Of a stretch of DNA of 64,000 nt, positions 20,892 through 30,736 are shown piece after piece. This DNA comes from Planctomycetota bacterium (GTDB lineage Bacteria; Planctomycetota; PLA2; JAEUHO01). A program made the translations under genes and the position numbers. Location: the NCBI GenBank assembly GCA_965222115.1, contig CBDCTJ010000007.1, positions 3,006,731 to 3,070,730 of the forward strand. The letters run 5' to 3'. Within the stretch, counting starts at the first letter, position 1; the number at the start of each line of letters is the position of its first letter. The notes beneath the pieces are model-generated. The model worked only from the letters and a program-made list of their open reading frames with translations, had not been told where the DNA came from and did no database searches.

Positions 20892-21817
20892 CTACTTGTA
20901 GTGGTACGTCGAAACGTCGAACCCGGGTCTTCGCCATCGTGACGATGGCTGCGTTGTCCGTCGTGAGCGTCGCCTCGACGACACAAGGACGCGAATCGAA
21001 AAAGCGCCGAGTCGTCAAGAAGCCACCTAAATATGCCGTGATTGGAAACCCGGGAACGTGGGGTTCGCTGAAGGGTACATGCAGCTTCTCGCACGCAATG
21101 CCGATTCGTACGGCGACGATTGGCGGTTGTCCGGCGTATCTTGAGACCGAGAACACGCCAACGCGATTCGATCCAAAGAACTTGGGTGCACCCGGCTGCA
21201 TGATTTCGATTGAACGCATAAGTAAGGGAAACCCGTGGCCAGCGACGATGGCCAATACGAAATCGCGTGTCAAGATCGACATGGACAAGTATGAGTTCAA
21301 GCCTCGTATCCAGTGGACCCGCAGAGGCAAGCGTATAGGTTTTCGCCTCTTAGCCTGGGACACGACGAAACACAAGAGCGAAGTTAGTGTTCATGGATAT
21401 TTCAACTCTCTGGCGACGACGGCGTGGAATATTAGTCTTCCGTTTTCTAAGGATCACTTCTCGACTACGGATACAAAGCTCTCACGGGTCGGTATATACA
21501 TTACAAGATGCGACATCTGCTCGACCGTTCCCAGCTACATCCAATGTTCGCCACATCCATACGTTTCAGGTCCAACACCCATCAGTGGGTCCTATGCGAT
21601 TTCGGATATACCGCCAGGCACATACTCTGTTACGTGTTGGCATGAGCCCTTGCGGTGGAAGGTAAAAGTAGGAAAATATGGGCGGAAATGCGTAGTGGAC
21701 GACGGCGTACAGATGCTCCTGCGTAAGAAGGTGGTCATCAAGCCCGGCAAGGCCACGACGCTTAACTGGACGCTCGAAGTACCAAGCGACCTCCGCACAA
21801 CCAAAAGCGCCAAATGA
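20888..21817 (+). CDS. Hypothetical secreted Cys-containing protein, with lower GC than its surroundings
   Basis: Signal peptide ([18 protein letters not shown]). Visibly AT-richer codon usage. Flanked upstream and downstream by REP-like palindromes. Confidence 0.55.
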   Translation: MTTCSGTSKRRTRVFAIVTMAALSVVSVASTTQGRESKKRRVVKKPPKYAVIGNPGTWGSLKGTCSFSHAMPIRTATIGGCPAYLETENTPTRFDPKNLGAPGCMISIERISKGNPWPATMANTKSRVKIDMDKYEFKPRIQWTRRGKRIGFRLLAWDTTKHKSEVSVHGYFNSLATTAWNISLPFSKDHFSTTDTKLSRVGIYITRCDICSTVPSYIQCSPHPYVSGPTPISGSYAISDIPPGTYSVTCWHEPLRWKVKVGKYGRKCVVDDGVQMLLRKKVVIKPGKATTLNWTLEVPSDLRTTKSAK

Positions 21818-21836
21818 ACCTGGCATTATTGGCTCA
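21806..21836. repeat. REP-like palindrome, copy 4
   Basis: AGCGCCAAATGAACC-T-GGCATTATTGGCTCA. Lies in a convergent intergenic region. Confidence 0.6.
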
Positions 21837-21846
21837 CTGCTTTCGA

Positions 21847-21877
21847 TGCGCCATAGATACCTGGTATTTCTGGTGCA
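21847..21877. repeat. REP-like palindrome, copy 5
   Basis: TGCGCCATAGATACC-T-GGTATTTCTGGTGCA. Confidence 0.7.
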
Positions 21878-21931
21878 TGAGTGACCCCGCCCGTCGAGGA
21901 GAAGCGCAACAAATAGCGCTATGCGGGCACG

Positions 21932-21962
21932 TGCGCCACTTATACCTGGTATTTTCGGCGCA
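21932..21962. repeat. REP-like palindrome, copy 6
   Basis: TGCGCCACTTATACC-T-GGTATTTTCGGCGCA. Abuts the 3' end of rsgA. Confidence 0.7.
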
Positions 21963-22910
21963 TTAGTTAGCTTGGTCGAGGGACTCGAGGATGCGGAGGT
22001 AGGAGTCGAAGCGGGACGGGGCGAGGTCGCCTTCGACGAGAGCGGATTGGACAGCACAACGGGGTTCGTGGGTGTGGCTGCAGTCGGGGAACTTGCAGTT
22101 CGGTGCGAGTTCGGCGATGTCGCGGAAGAGCCACGGCAGATCACGCTTGGGGATCCCGAATAGTCCAAACTCGCGCACGCCCGCGGTGTCAATCACCGCA
22201 CCCCCATTCGGTAGCTCGAAGAGGGTCGTGGCGGTGGTGGTGTGCGTGCCTTTGCCGGTGAACTCGTTCACGTCCCCCACCGTTAGGTCCCACGCGTTGT
22301 TGATGGCATTGAGAACGGATGACTTCCCAACACCGCTGTGTCCGCAGATGACCGTTACGCGACCAACGAGAGCATCTCGGAGTGCGCCGATGCCGTCACC
22401 TTCTGTGGCACTCACTACGAATACGGGATATCCCAGTGATCGATAGAGTTCGACTTCGTGTGGCGCCTCGTCCGTCAGATCGATTTTGTTGATGACGAGG
22501 ATCGCTTCTAGATCGCAGTGTTCGATGACAGCCAACACACGATCCACAAGTGCGGGATTGAATTCCGGATCTGCTGCCGCACTGACCAATGCAACTGCGT
22601 CAAGATTGGCCGCAATTACGTGCTCTACCCGCTCCTGCCGATTCGCGGGGCGCGACAACAAGCTTCGTCGGGGCTCAATGGACTCAATGGCGCCTCGGTC
22701 TAGAGCCGTGCGCACCACACGAACGCGATCCCCCACCGCGACCGGCGACTTTTGGTGCGTGCGGTCACGAAGATGAATACGACCACGCACATTGCACCAA
22801 AGCCGGGCATCGCTCGCGAGGTCCTCAGGGGGATCATCCAGACGAACTAAACAGCCGCGAGCATCCAATCGCACAACCGTCGCCTCGTAGATGATCGCGT
22901 CGTCAGTCAT
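21963..22910 (-). CDS. rsgA: Ribosome small-subunit-dependent GTPase A
   Basis: GHSGVGKSS P-loop. C-terminal zinc knuckle CKFPDCSHTHEPRCAV. Circularly permuted GTPase order. Confidence 0.85.
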   Translation of the reverse strand: MTDDAIIYEATVVRLDARGCLVRLDDPPEDLASDARLWCNVRGRIHLRDRTHQKSPVAVGDRVRVVRTALDRGAIESIEPRRSLLSRPANRQERVEHVIAANLDAVALVSAAADPEFNPALVDRVLAVIEHCDLEAILVINKIDLTDEAPHEVELYRSLGYPVFVVSATEGDGIGALRDALVGRVTVICGHSGVGKSSVLNAINNAWDLTVGDVNEFTGKGTHTTTATTLFELPNGGAVIDTAGVREFGLFGIPKRDLPWLFRDIAELAPNCKFPDCSHTHEPRCAVQSALVEGDLAPSRFDSYLRILESLDQAN

Positions 22911-23686
22911 GAACGTTTGCTGCCCCGATTGCCGTGCAGTGTTGCGATGACGATGCCCGCTGCTACAGCAGCGTTAAGCGATTCCACATGGGGCGCGATG
23001 GGGACCGAAACAATGCGGGTTGCCGCAGCAACCACAGCTTCGTGGGCGCCGCGCGCCTCTGAACCGACAACGAGAAGTGCGTTCCCGGGAAGCGAAGGGG
23101 CTTCAAAGACGCTCTCGCCACCCGCATCCGTGATCCATAGGTCGCGCGACGCCGAGGCAACGTCATCTAAGACCTCGCTTCGATTGGCACGCGCGAACGG
23201 AACGTGGAGCGCTAGGCCCGCGGACGCGCGCAACGCTTTCGCGCCAAGCGGATAGGCCGTGCCCTCCGTGACAACGCATGCGGATACAGAAAAGGCCGCA
23301 ACGATCCGAAAGATCGCACCCACATTACCCGGGTCCTGAACCCCATCCAGCCAGACCAACGGGCCGCGTGCCTGTCGCAGCTGTTCCCACGACGTAGACG
23401 TATCTCGCACGATTGCTAAGACACCCGACGACGTGACCGTTTCACTGACTCGATCCATTTCGTTGCGCGACGCCTGTTGAACGTCAATGTCCTGTGCGCG
23501 AGCCGCGCTTTCGATTGTTTCCCGCACGTCGTCGCGAACGTCGTCGGCCACCCACAGCGAACGCACAACGCCAAGCGAGAGCGCATCGACAATAGCTTTG
23601 GGCCCCTCCAACACGTGCTCGGTCATGTCGCCGCGCCCGCGCACTATCTGACGCAAGCGCGCCGCTTGTGACTTCGAAAGCGTCAA
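22907..23686 (-). CDS. TrmH/SpoU-family RNA 2'-O-methyltransferase
   Basis: SPOUT motifs DPGNVGAIFR and ESLNAAVAAGIV. Confidence 0.8.
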   Translation of the reverse strand: MTLSKSQAARLRQIVRGRGDMTEHVLEGPKAIVDALSLGVVRSLWVADDVRDDVRETIESAARAQDIDVQQASRNEMDRVSETVTSSGVLAIVRDTSTSWEQLRQARGPLVWLDGVQDPGNVGAIFRIVAAFSVSACVVTEGTAYPLGAKALRASAGLALHVPFARANRSEVLDDVASASRDLWITDAGGESVFEAPSLPGNALLVVGSEARGAHEAVVAAATRIVSVPIAPHVESLNAAVAAGIVIATLHGNRGSKRS

Positions 23687-24720
23687 CGGATGCCACCCGC
23701 TGCATGGCGAAGCGCGCGAATCGCCGCCCGCATATCGGCCGGCACGTCGCTACGCAGCACAATGTCTTCTCCTGTCATGGGATGCCGAAAGGAGAGTTCA
23801 CGCGCGTGCAGCGCGAGACGCGACAACACCGGCCGATCCTCGGAACGTGAAACGCGGGGATCAATGGCCGATCGATAGAGGGGTCGCACATCGCCATACA
23901 AATGATCCGCCACGATGGGCCACCTCACATGTGCAAGATGCACGCGAAGTTGATGAGTACGGCCCGTATGAGGTTCGAGTTCCAACAGTGCATGCCGGTC
24001 AAAGCGTTCGGCCACACGCCACGTTGTTTGTGCGGGTAGCCCATCAGGAAGCACCGCTTGATGAAGCGTGGTTTCTGCGTGCGGATCGGTAGCGATCGGC
24101 GCGTCGATCACTCCGTGCGATTCGACTGGCACCCCGTCGATGAGCGCCATGTAGCACTTGTTCATTTCACGATTCGCGAACATCTTTCCAATGATCGCGT
24201 CAACTGCACGGTCCTTCACGGCAAGCACCACACCACTGGTATCGCGATCCAACCGATGGCCCAGCCTCGGAATTCGATCATCCGATGGGTCGCGATCATG
24301 TGGCCGTCGGGCCTTGGCAAGCGCGTGAAGCTTTCCCAGCAACGTTCCATGGCGCGTCGTGCCCACGGGATGCGCGGACATGCCACTGGGCTTGTCAATC
24401 GCCAGAAGAAATTCGTCTTCGTAGAGAATAACGAGGTCATCGGAACGCTCTTCGCTGGGTGCACCAGGGATCACTGGCAGGCGCACTTCAATGAGGTCAC
24501 CTTGCTTCACGCGCATCGAGGCCTTGGCGGGCCTGTTTCCAATTAGGATCTCGCCCGCCTTGCACATGTTCCGAAAATGGTTGCGACTCTTCCACGGATA
24601 CCGTTCACGCAAAAGTGAATCGATCCGCATCCCCGCCATGGGCTCATCCACCCGAAATCGATACGATTCGCGCGGCTTGGAGTGATCGGTGTACTGCCGG
24701 AGAAGGCGCGTCATCGCCAA
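23683..24720 (-). CDS. rluD: RluA-family pseudouridine synthase, RluD-like, with N-terminal S4 domain
   Basis: S4-like N-terminus (RIDSLLRERY...). Catalytic HRLDRDTSGVVL motif. Confidence 0.75.
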   Translation of the reverse strand: MAMTRLLRQYTDHSKPRESYRFRVDEPMAGMRIDSLLRERYPWKSRNHFRNMCKAGEILIGNRPAKASMRVKQGDLIEVRLPVIPGAPSEERSDDLVILYEDEFLLAIDKPSGMSAHPVGTTRHGTLLGKLHALAKARRPHDRDPSDDRIPRLGHRLDRDTSGVVLAVKDRAVDAIIGKMFANREMNKCYMALIDGVPVESHGVIDAPIATDPHAETTLHQAVLPDGLPAQTTWRVAERFDRHALLELEPHTGRTHQLRVHLAHVRWPIVADHLYGDVRPLYRSAIDPRVSRSEDRPVLSRLALHARELSFRHPMTGEDIVLRSDVPADMRAAIRALRHAAGGIR

Positions 24721-24861
24721 TCAAGCCGCGGCGCACATCGGCGACGCGTCCAGATTTTCGGAGAATGGGTAGGGGCAGAACGCACGTGAACCAGAATACC
24801 AAGAGGACCGCATCGCGTGTAGGGCGCGCGTCCATCGCCCACGACCAACACGACGTTCATG

Positions 24862-25971
24862 CTATCCGTCGAGCGAGAGGTAGAACGCGATGCCCAAGCT
24901 TCCGAATATCACGGTGGGCATCCATGCCATAACCACGGGATTGAGCCCCATCGTTTTCGACAACAGCGAAGCGACGTATCCGGCGCCGAAGTACAGTGCA
25001 GCCACCCCCATGGCATTGAGAATCCCTGGCAAGGCACTCGATTTTCGCTGGCCTACTTGCGTGCAAAAGGGCAACGCAAGCAGCAGCAACACAATGACGG
25101 AGAGTGGCTGCGTCCACAACTGATGTCGCATAAGCCGAAAGCGCACATCGTGTGGATTGGCCTCAATCAGCGCTTCCACTTCATCAAACGACACCCCGAG
25201 TCGCCCGGCGCGGGTGAGTGTGATTTCCATCAACCGTCGTGAATCATAGAGCGGCGCGCGGGCGCCCTTTTCGATGGGCCGCCGAACCGATCCGGGCGCA
25301 TCGTCTCGTCGAGGAATAAGTTCTCCGCCATGCGGGGCAAACCATCCTGCGCGCGCTTGATCCCATGTAAGTTGTGGATAGCGACGGATGGCTTCATATC
25401 CATCCTCCCCCCACTGCGTCAAGAAAACATTCTCCATGCGACTCTCAATGGGGTTGTAAGCGCCCATGGAAAGTCGGTGACCTCCTGAATCGTGATAAGG
25501 CGCAATCTTTGCACTGCGATGCGGATTCTTCTTTCCAAGCAACCGTTGCATTCGCATGTTTTCGCGGCTGAGCCCCGGGACAAGGGCAACTTGAGTGGCG
25601 ATGAGCACACCCGCGATAAGCACCGACGAGACAATAATCGGCAGAACGGCCCTACGCATGGATACGCCCGACACGAGCAGCGGCGTCAACTCGCCGCGTC
25701 GGGACAATCGGGATAGACACATGCAGGCCGCTATGGGCGCACACAGAGGGATCAACTGCGTCCATACAAAGGGAAAAAACGTGGCGTAATAGCGAATGAT
25801 GAGCGCCAACGGATCGTAGCCAGCCTTCTTGATGTCTTTCCAGTAGCGCGCCAACCGATCCGCGCGGTCGCTCAGCTCCATCACCAAGACAATGGCGGAA
25901 ATGAACAGGAGTACCGCAATAAACGTACCCCAAAAAGACTTTAGAATGTATCGATCATGACGACGGAACAC
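24862..25971 (-). CDS. LptF/LptG (YjgP/YjgQ) family LPS-export permease
   Basis: FRRHDRYILKSF start typical of LptF/G. GTG at 25971 has a GGAGG SD and lies 3 nt after the upstream gene's stop. The listed start (26133) would overlap by 160 nt. Confidence 0.75.
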   Translation of the reverse strand: MFRRHDRYILKSFWGTFIAVLLFISAIVLVMELSDRADRLARYWKDIKKAGYDPLALIIRYYATFFPFVWTQLIPLCAPIAACMCLSRLSRRGELTPLLVSGVSMRRAVLPIIVSSVLIAGVLIATQVALVPGLSRENMRMQRLLGKKNPHRSAKIAPYHDSGGHRLSMGAYNPIESRMENVFLTQWGEDGYEAIRRYPQLTWDQARAGWFAPHGGELIPRRDDAPGSVRRPIEKGARAPLYDSRRLMEITLTRAGRLGVSFDEVEALIEANPHDVRFRLMRHQLWTQPLSVIVLLLLALPFCTQVGQRKSSALPGILNAMGVAALYFGAGYVASLLSKTMGLNPVVMAWMPTVIFGSLGIAFYLSLDG

Positions 25972-25973
25972 GC

Positions 25974-27164
25974 CTACTGCCTCCGCCCAAGTAAGTAGAC
26001 GGCGGCGGATACGACCGCAAGGAGAGCATTGGGGAGCCACATGGCGATCCACGGCTCCATGCCGAAACGTTTGGCAAATGATGGACCGGCGATATAGAGC
26101 GGCGCGAAAATGGCGATGGCGGGCAAGATACACACCAGAGCATCGCGGACGCGCCTTCCCGTAGGCGGAAGCACAAGTGACATCGCCAGCGCGAACAAGG
26201 AAAGGAAGAAAACAGAGGCACCGAGCGAGAGTCGTCCGTGCAACGCCAATGCAGGCCGCTCCGTGTCGTGATAGGGACCGCCTGTGCGCTTCGCGAGATA
26301 TAGAAGTTCGTTTGCGGTCATGTCTTTCGGCCGGTAGGTCCAGCGTGAAGCGCCAATGAACGTCTCAAACGTAGAACTCACGCCGGTCTTGGCAACGGCG
26401 CCCATGTTCAAGGTGCGCGCGCCGGTCACCGACTTGACGTCGAACTCGCCACCGTCCTTGGCAATGGTGCCGCCGTCCACCTCAAACAGAAGTCCGCGAT
26501 CCGTGCCGTCCATTCCGATTTGGCTCAGTGCCGCTCGTTTGGCGAGCACCTTCCAATCGAGTTCCCCGGATGGTCCGCGTTTCTCAAGCTCGACATCGTG
26601 AAACGCGCCATCCTGAAACGTACGAAACGAGAAGCGACCATGCTCCATGGCAATCGAACGATTGTTTCCTCGGAGCGATCCCAAGAACTTCGGCAGATGA
26701 TCTTTCATCGTGCTTCGCACCGTCCGATGCGAGATCGGCACGTAGTAGGCGTGGAACGCCATGGCGCCCACGGCGAGGAGGGCACCCACGGCAAGTACGG
26801 GCATCGCCAGGGTCCGCATGGGCCACCCCGCAGTTCGCACAATCGTCAGCTCGTGATCGGCGGACCAGCGACCCAGCGTGAGTGCGACTGCGGCAAGCCA
26901 CGAAAACGGCACAGCGAAACCGAGGGCCACGGGAATAAACTTGGGCAAGAGATGGGCGATTAAGTCTGATTCCAGCGCGTCACCGCCGGCCCCCATAAAA
27001 CGAATCGTGGAGCCGACAAACACGGCTGCGGTCACCAACGAAGCGACCAACACGAAGATGACAAGCATCTCCACAATCAGCGCTCGTTGGATTCGAAGCA
27101 AATTGATCTCCCGCACCGCCCATGATGCGACGTGTACGTTCGCTTGGGGTTGAGCCTCTTGCAA
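25974..27164 (-). CDS. LptF/LptG (YjgP/YjgQ) family LPS-export permease
   Basis: Six predicted TM segments with a periplasmic insert. Paralogous to the downstream gene. Confidence 0.75.
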   Translation of the reverse strand: MQEAQPQANVHVASWAVREINLLRIQRALIVEMLVIFVLVASLVTAAVFVGSTIRFMGAGGDALESDLIAHLLPKFIPVALGFAVPFSWLAAVALTLGRWSADHELTIVRTAGWPMRTLAMPVLAVGALLAVGAMAFHAYYVPISHRTVRSTMKDHLPKFLGSLRGNNRSIAMEHGRFSFRTFQDGAFHDVELEKRGPSGELDWKVLAKRAALSQIGMDGTDRGLLFEVDGGTIAKDGGEFDVKSVTGARTLNMGAVAKTGVSSTFETFIGASRWTYRPKDMTANELLYLAKRTGGPYHDTERPALALHGRLSLGASVFFLSLFALAMSLVLPPTGRRVRDALVCILPAIAIFAPLYIAGPSFAKRFGMEPWIAMWLPNALLAVVSAAVYLLGRRQ

Positions 27165-28853
27165 GCATGCTGCCCCCCAATCGTGGCGCCCCGTACTTGG
27201 AAAACGGCAGGCAGTTGTATGCTGAGTCCGCCTCGTATGGGGCGAGTTATCTTCAGAGAGGAAGCTGACGGCTTGGGCACCGCGTCATCATGGAGCACGC
27301 CACACCTAACGCGCGCGCTTGATGCGCTGGCGCACGTGCTTGCGCATGCGGAATTTCCAAGCGTGCCTCCCGGATTTGAACTCATTGACAAGCGTCGTTC
27401 CATGCGCATCGTGATGCGCGGGACGCTCTCCCATGACCTTGACGAGCCAATCGAAGTCGTCGTCAAGTGGCACGCGCCCACCGCGCGTGGGTGGCGATCG
27501 GGAAGGCGTGCGGCGCGGGAAGGTGACGTGATGCGGCGCATTGCGCAGGAGGGCATCGCCGTACCTGAGGTCTTGGGTTGGCGTTCCCGACCCGCACAGA
27601 TGCTTGTCACGCGATGGATTCCGGATCTCGTCGCAATCCCCACGTTGGAGGGAACGGGTCCCGAGTTACGCGAGACGCTCTGCGAGTTGATTGCCAATGC
27701 GCGGCAGCGCGGCTTGTGGCACCGTGATCTTCATCTCGGCAATGTCGCGCTTAGATATGGCAAACCCCTCCTGCTTGATTTTGGGGGAGCGGTGCTTGGT
27801 AGACGCGAAGACCCACTCGACTACGCGATGCTCAGTCTTATCCATCACTCGTCGCTGGATCGGCTTTCGACAACGAGTCAGATTCGTTGGCTTAAAGACT
27901 ATGGAAATGTAGTAGATATCCCGTGGAATCGGGCCCGCCTGTGCGAGACCATCAATCATGTGTCGAAGCAATCTGCGAGGATGGCTAGGCGTTATCGTCG
28001 CGGCCGCGATCGTCGTGCAACGAGAAGTGGCCGTCACTTTCAGGCCGACATCGATCGAAAGACTCGCGTCCGGAGCATTCGGGCATGCCGCAATGTGCCG
28101 GACACATTGCCCGAACTCACACGTGCGTGCTACGACGCCGTGTTAGACGAACACGAGTACGTACCTGTGGGCAAGAGCACCTATGAACTCGTGCCCTTCA
28201 AGTCCTCGGCACGCGGCCCAAGCGTGTTTCGTATCACCACCGACGAGGGTACGTTTGCGGTCAAGTACTTCGAACCAGTGCCGATGTTCCGTCGGACGCG
28301 AGTACGGCGCGCTTTCATCACGGCGTTCGCATTGACCAATCGATATTTGCCGGCACCACGCGCGCTTTCGTGTCGCTGGGCAACGACCGGTGAGGGCATA
28401 CTGATATCGGAGTGGATCGATGCCCCCGATCTTCACGCGTTCTTTCATGACCCATCATCCGAAGGATTTTCGGCACTTCCGGAGCGATCCCAATTGGATC
28501 TGCTGCACCATGTTGGGCGCACGCTGCGCCACCTTCACGAGTGCGCGCTAACGCACCGCGACCTCAAAGCACCCAACCTCTTGGTTCGCGTCGATGCAAA
28601 CACAAAACCGGCCATGTGGTTTGTTGATTTGGATGGCTTGCGGGTTCGGCGAAGAGCGCCGGGATGGGCACGACGAGCAAAGGACTTGGCGCGACTCGAC
28701 GCCTCGCTCCCATTTTCCGATCTGCATCGCAGACGGTTGTTTGAGTCTTACCTCGGCGTATGGCCGCGGTCTCTCGTTTCGCTTGACGAACTTGATGCCA
28801 TGATTACGCCGCATGTAGAACGCAAACGCGGGCCGAGCGGCAATCCACGTTAA
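27132..28853 (+). CDS. Lipopolysaccharide (Kdo/WaaP-type) kinase-like protein with two tandem kinase-like domains
   Basis: Two catalytic-loop-like motifs: LWHRDLHLGNVAL...LLDFGGA, and LTHRDLKAPNLLVR...FVDLDG. Divergent from the lptF/G pair. The true start may be an internal Met. Confidence 0.6.
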   Translation: MYVRLGLSLLQACCPPIVAPRTWKTAGSCMLSPPRMGRVIFREEADGLGTASSWSTPHLTRALDALAHVLAHAEFPSVPPGFELIDKRRSMRIVMRGTLSHDLDEPIEVVVKWHAPTARGWRSGRRAAREGDVMRRIAQEGIAVPEVLGWRSRPAQMLVTRWIPDLVAIPTLEGTGPELRETLCELIANARQRGLWHRDLHLGNVALRYGKPLLLDFGGAVLGRREDPLDYAMLSLIHHSSLDRLSTTSQIRWLKDYGNVVDIPWNRARLCETINHVSKQSARMARRYRRGRDRRATRSGRHFQADIDRKTRVRSIRACRNVPDTLPELTRACYDAVLDEHEYVPVGKSTYELVPFKSSARGPSVFRITTDEGTFAVKYFEPVPMFRRTRVRRAFITAFALTNRYLPAPRALSCRWATTGEGILISEWIDAPDLHAFFHDPSSEGFSALPERSQLDLLHHVGRTLRHLHECALTHRDLKAPNLLVRVDANTKPAMWFVDLDGLRVRRRAPGWARRAKDLARLDASLPFSDLHRRRLFESYLGVWPRSLVSLDELDAMITPHVERKRGPSGNPR

Positions 28854-28881
28854 CGTATTCGCTCACAACAAAGGAGCGCCC

Positions 28882-29841
28882 ATGGCTGCACGCAGAGGAT
28901 CGCGAACCCAACCGTACGCACGTTCCCGCAAGAAGAGCGCGGGCATTATTTCGGTTCATATGGATCTAGGCGCCGGGCGTCGTGGCGTGGACATGGGGCC
29001 TTCGGCCATCCGACTTGCAGGACTGAATGAAGGCCTTCAAAAACTCGGCTACCGCGTACGCGAAATGGGTTCGGTCCATGCGGACGATCCCGAGTCGCTG
29101 CGTGAAGGACGCGTTAACGCACGTTACTCCGCGGCCGTCCTCGATGTGTGTACCCGCTTACGAGACCGAACAATGGAGTCACTATCCGCGGGTTTCCTAC
29201 CTGTGGTATTGGGTGGTGATCACAGCATCGCGATGGGTAGCGTGTCAGGTGTAGTTTCTCATTGCCGCAAGACCGGCATGGGTGATGTTGGTCTCCTTTG
29301 GATCGACGCCCACACCGACATGAATGTGCCCGACACGTCCCCTAGCGGCAATATCCACGGCATGCCACTCGCTCATTTGCTCGGCAAAGGCATCCCGGCC
29401 CTTCGTAAACTCGCAGGCAATCGTCCAGCTCTTCACGGCGACAATGTGGCGCTGTTAGGCATTCGCAGCGTGGACAAACACGAACGGCGCCTCGTGAAAG
29501 ACTCCGGCGTTCGCGCCTACACCATGACCGAGATCGACGCGCGCGGGTTCTCGGAATGCCTCGCCGAAGCGATTCAGCGCATCACGCAAGACACGGCAGG
29601 CTTTCATCTTTCCTTTGATCTGGACGGCGTGGATCCTCGCGAGGCGCCGGGTGTAGGAACTCCGGTTCAAGGCGGACTCACCTTCCGCGAAGCACACCTC
29701 GCGTGCGAAGCGGTTGCACGAACCGGACGACTGCTCGGCATGGACGTGGTCGAGCTCAATCCGTCATTGGATGAACGGAACCGAACCGGCGTACTCGCAC
29801 GCGACCTCATATTGTCGGCGTTGGGAAAGACGATTTTGTAG
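28882..29841 (+). CDS. Arginase-family (ureohydrolase) enzyme, arginase-like
   Basis: Mn-binding motifs GGDHSI, DAHTD and SFDLDGVDP. N-terminal stretch DLGAGRRGVDMGPSAIR matches arginases. Confidence 0.85.
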   Translation: MAARRGSRTQPYARSRKKSAGIISVHMDLGAGRRGVDMGPSAIRLAGLNEGLQKLGYRVREMGSVHADDPESLREGRVNARYSAAVLDVCTRLRDRTMESLSAGFLPVVLGGDHSIAMGSVSGVVSHCRKTGMGDVGLLWIDAHTDMNVPDTSPSGNIHGMPLAHLLGKGIPALRKLAGNRPALHGDNVALLGIRSVDKHERRLVKDSGVRAYTMTEIDARGFSECLAEAIQRITQDTAGFHLSFDLDGVDPREAPGVGTPVQGGLTFREAHLACEAVARTGRLLGMDVVELNPSLDERNRTGVLARDLILSALGKTIL

Positions 29842-29903
29842 AAGGAGCACAAGGGATATGCGGCTGGTGATGGAATAGAATACGCCACTGGAGTAAGGAC
29901 TTC

Positions 29904-30524
29904 CTATTCAGGAAGCCAGTCGGGCCTTTCGGCTTTGGGGCCGCACCAGGTCCAGTCAGCCAGAACCTCCTTTAATGATTCGATATCAACTGGACTACCA
30001 ATGGCAGGTTCACTCATGACGCTAATGCCATATCCGATTTTTCCGAGTTCGTCAGCATGCGAGGCGATGGTCTCGACGTTTGAGACAATCAACATCCCGC
30101 GCGTTCCACCAAATCGCGGCACAAAGACTGGAACCACAATCGTCTGACCACCAGAGAGGACCACTTCATGCGGTGCGACAACGCGTACGCCCAGCGGCTC
30201 TGCTATCCGATTCCAGTACTCCGAATGACCGCATTCGCGAAGCTGGGTTTGCGAGGCATCGTTCTGATTCGTTGAACGCTCACCATCATGTGTCTTCCTA
30301 TCGACTAGTCGCGCCATCATCGCAACATAGCTAGAGCCGCTATCCGACCTGAGCGCGTTTAATCGACGTACTTCGTCCCAAGCTTCACCTCGGGAGTGAA
30401 ACGCGCTGGTGGGAGTGAACTGGTGCGGGATACGCTCCCCGCCTGAAACACAGCCCCACGACCCCGGGTCGTTTGGAATGCGAATCTCTTCACCGCCATC
30501 TTGAAAGAAGTCCAGACGAATCAC
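29904..30524 (-). CDS. Hypothetical protein
   Basis: 206-aa ORF with somewhat lower GC. Lies downstream of the intron-containing repeat. Confidence 0.45.
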   Translation of the reverse strand: MIRLDFFQDGGEEIRIPNDPGSWGCVSGGERIPHQFTPTSAFHSRGEAWDEVRRLNALRSDSGSSYVAMMARLVDRKTHDGERSTNQNDASQTQLRECGHSEYWNRIAEPLGVRVVAPHEVVLSGGQTIVVPVFVPRFGGTRGMLIVSNVETIASHADELGKIGYGISVMSEPAIGSPVDIESLKEVLADWTWCGPKAERPDWLPE

Positions 30525-30602
30525 AACGAAGACGTGCTTCTTATGGCTATGTGGTCTATTGACGCTAATCGCTTTGCTCCCAATGAATGGTGCTCACAAA
30601 AA

Positions 30603-30668
30603 CTTACCGCGCTCCTCGCCAGTTGCGCTTGGTGGTCTTGGTGTCCTTGGCGAGAGCTTCTTTCTTCA
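30603..30668 (-). CDS. Very small ORF (21 aa, MKKEALAKDTKTTKRNWRGAR) inside a short-repeat copy. Coding status doubtful.
   Basis: ATG plus a G-rich stretch upstream. Homologous stretches in copies B and C keep this frame open but show mostly non-synonymous changes. Confidence 0.15.
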
Positions 30669-30688
30669 TGAGTGGCGACCCCCTACCA
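30624..30688. repeat. Short-repeat family core, copy A
   Basis: CTTGGTGGTCTTGG...CTTGG.GAGAGC.TCTT.TTCA motif. Shared with the 5' ends of R1 and R2 and with copies D, B and C at 60.7-61.4 kb. Confidence 0.55.
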
Positions 30689-30736
30689 GTAGGCGCGCGC
30701 TCACTCCAATCGTATCCCAACACGCTTGCGCTTCGA

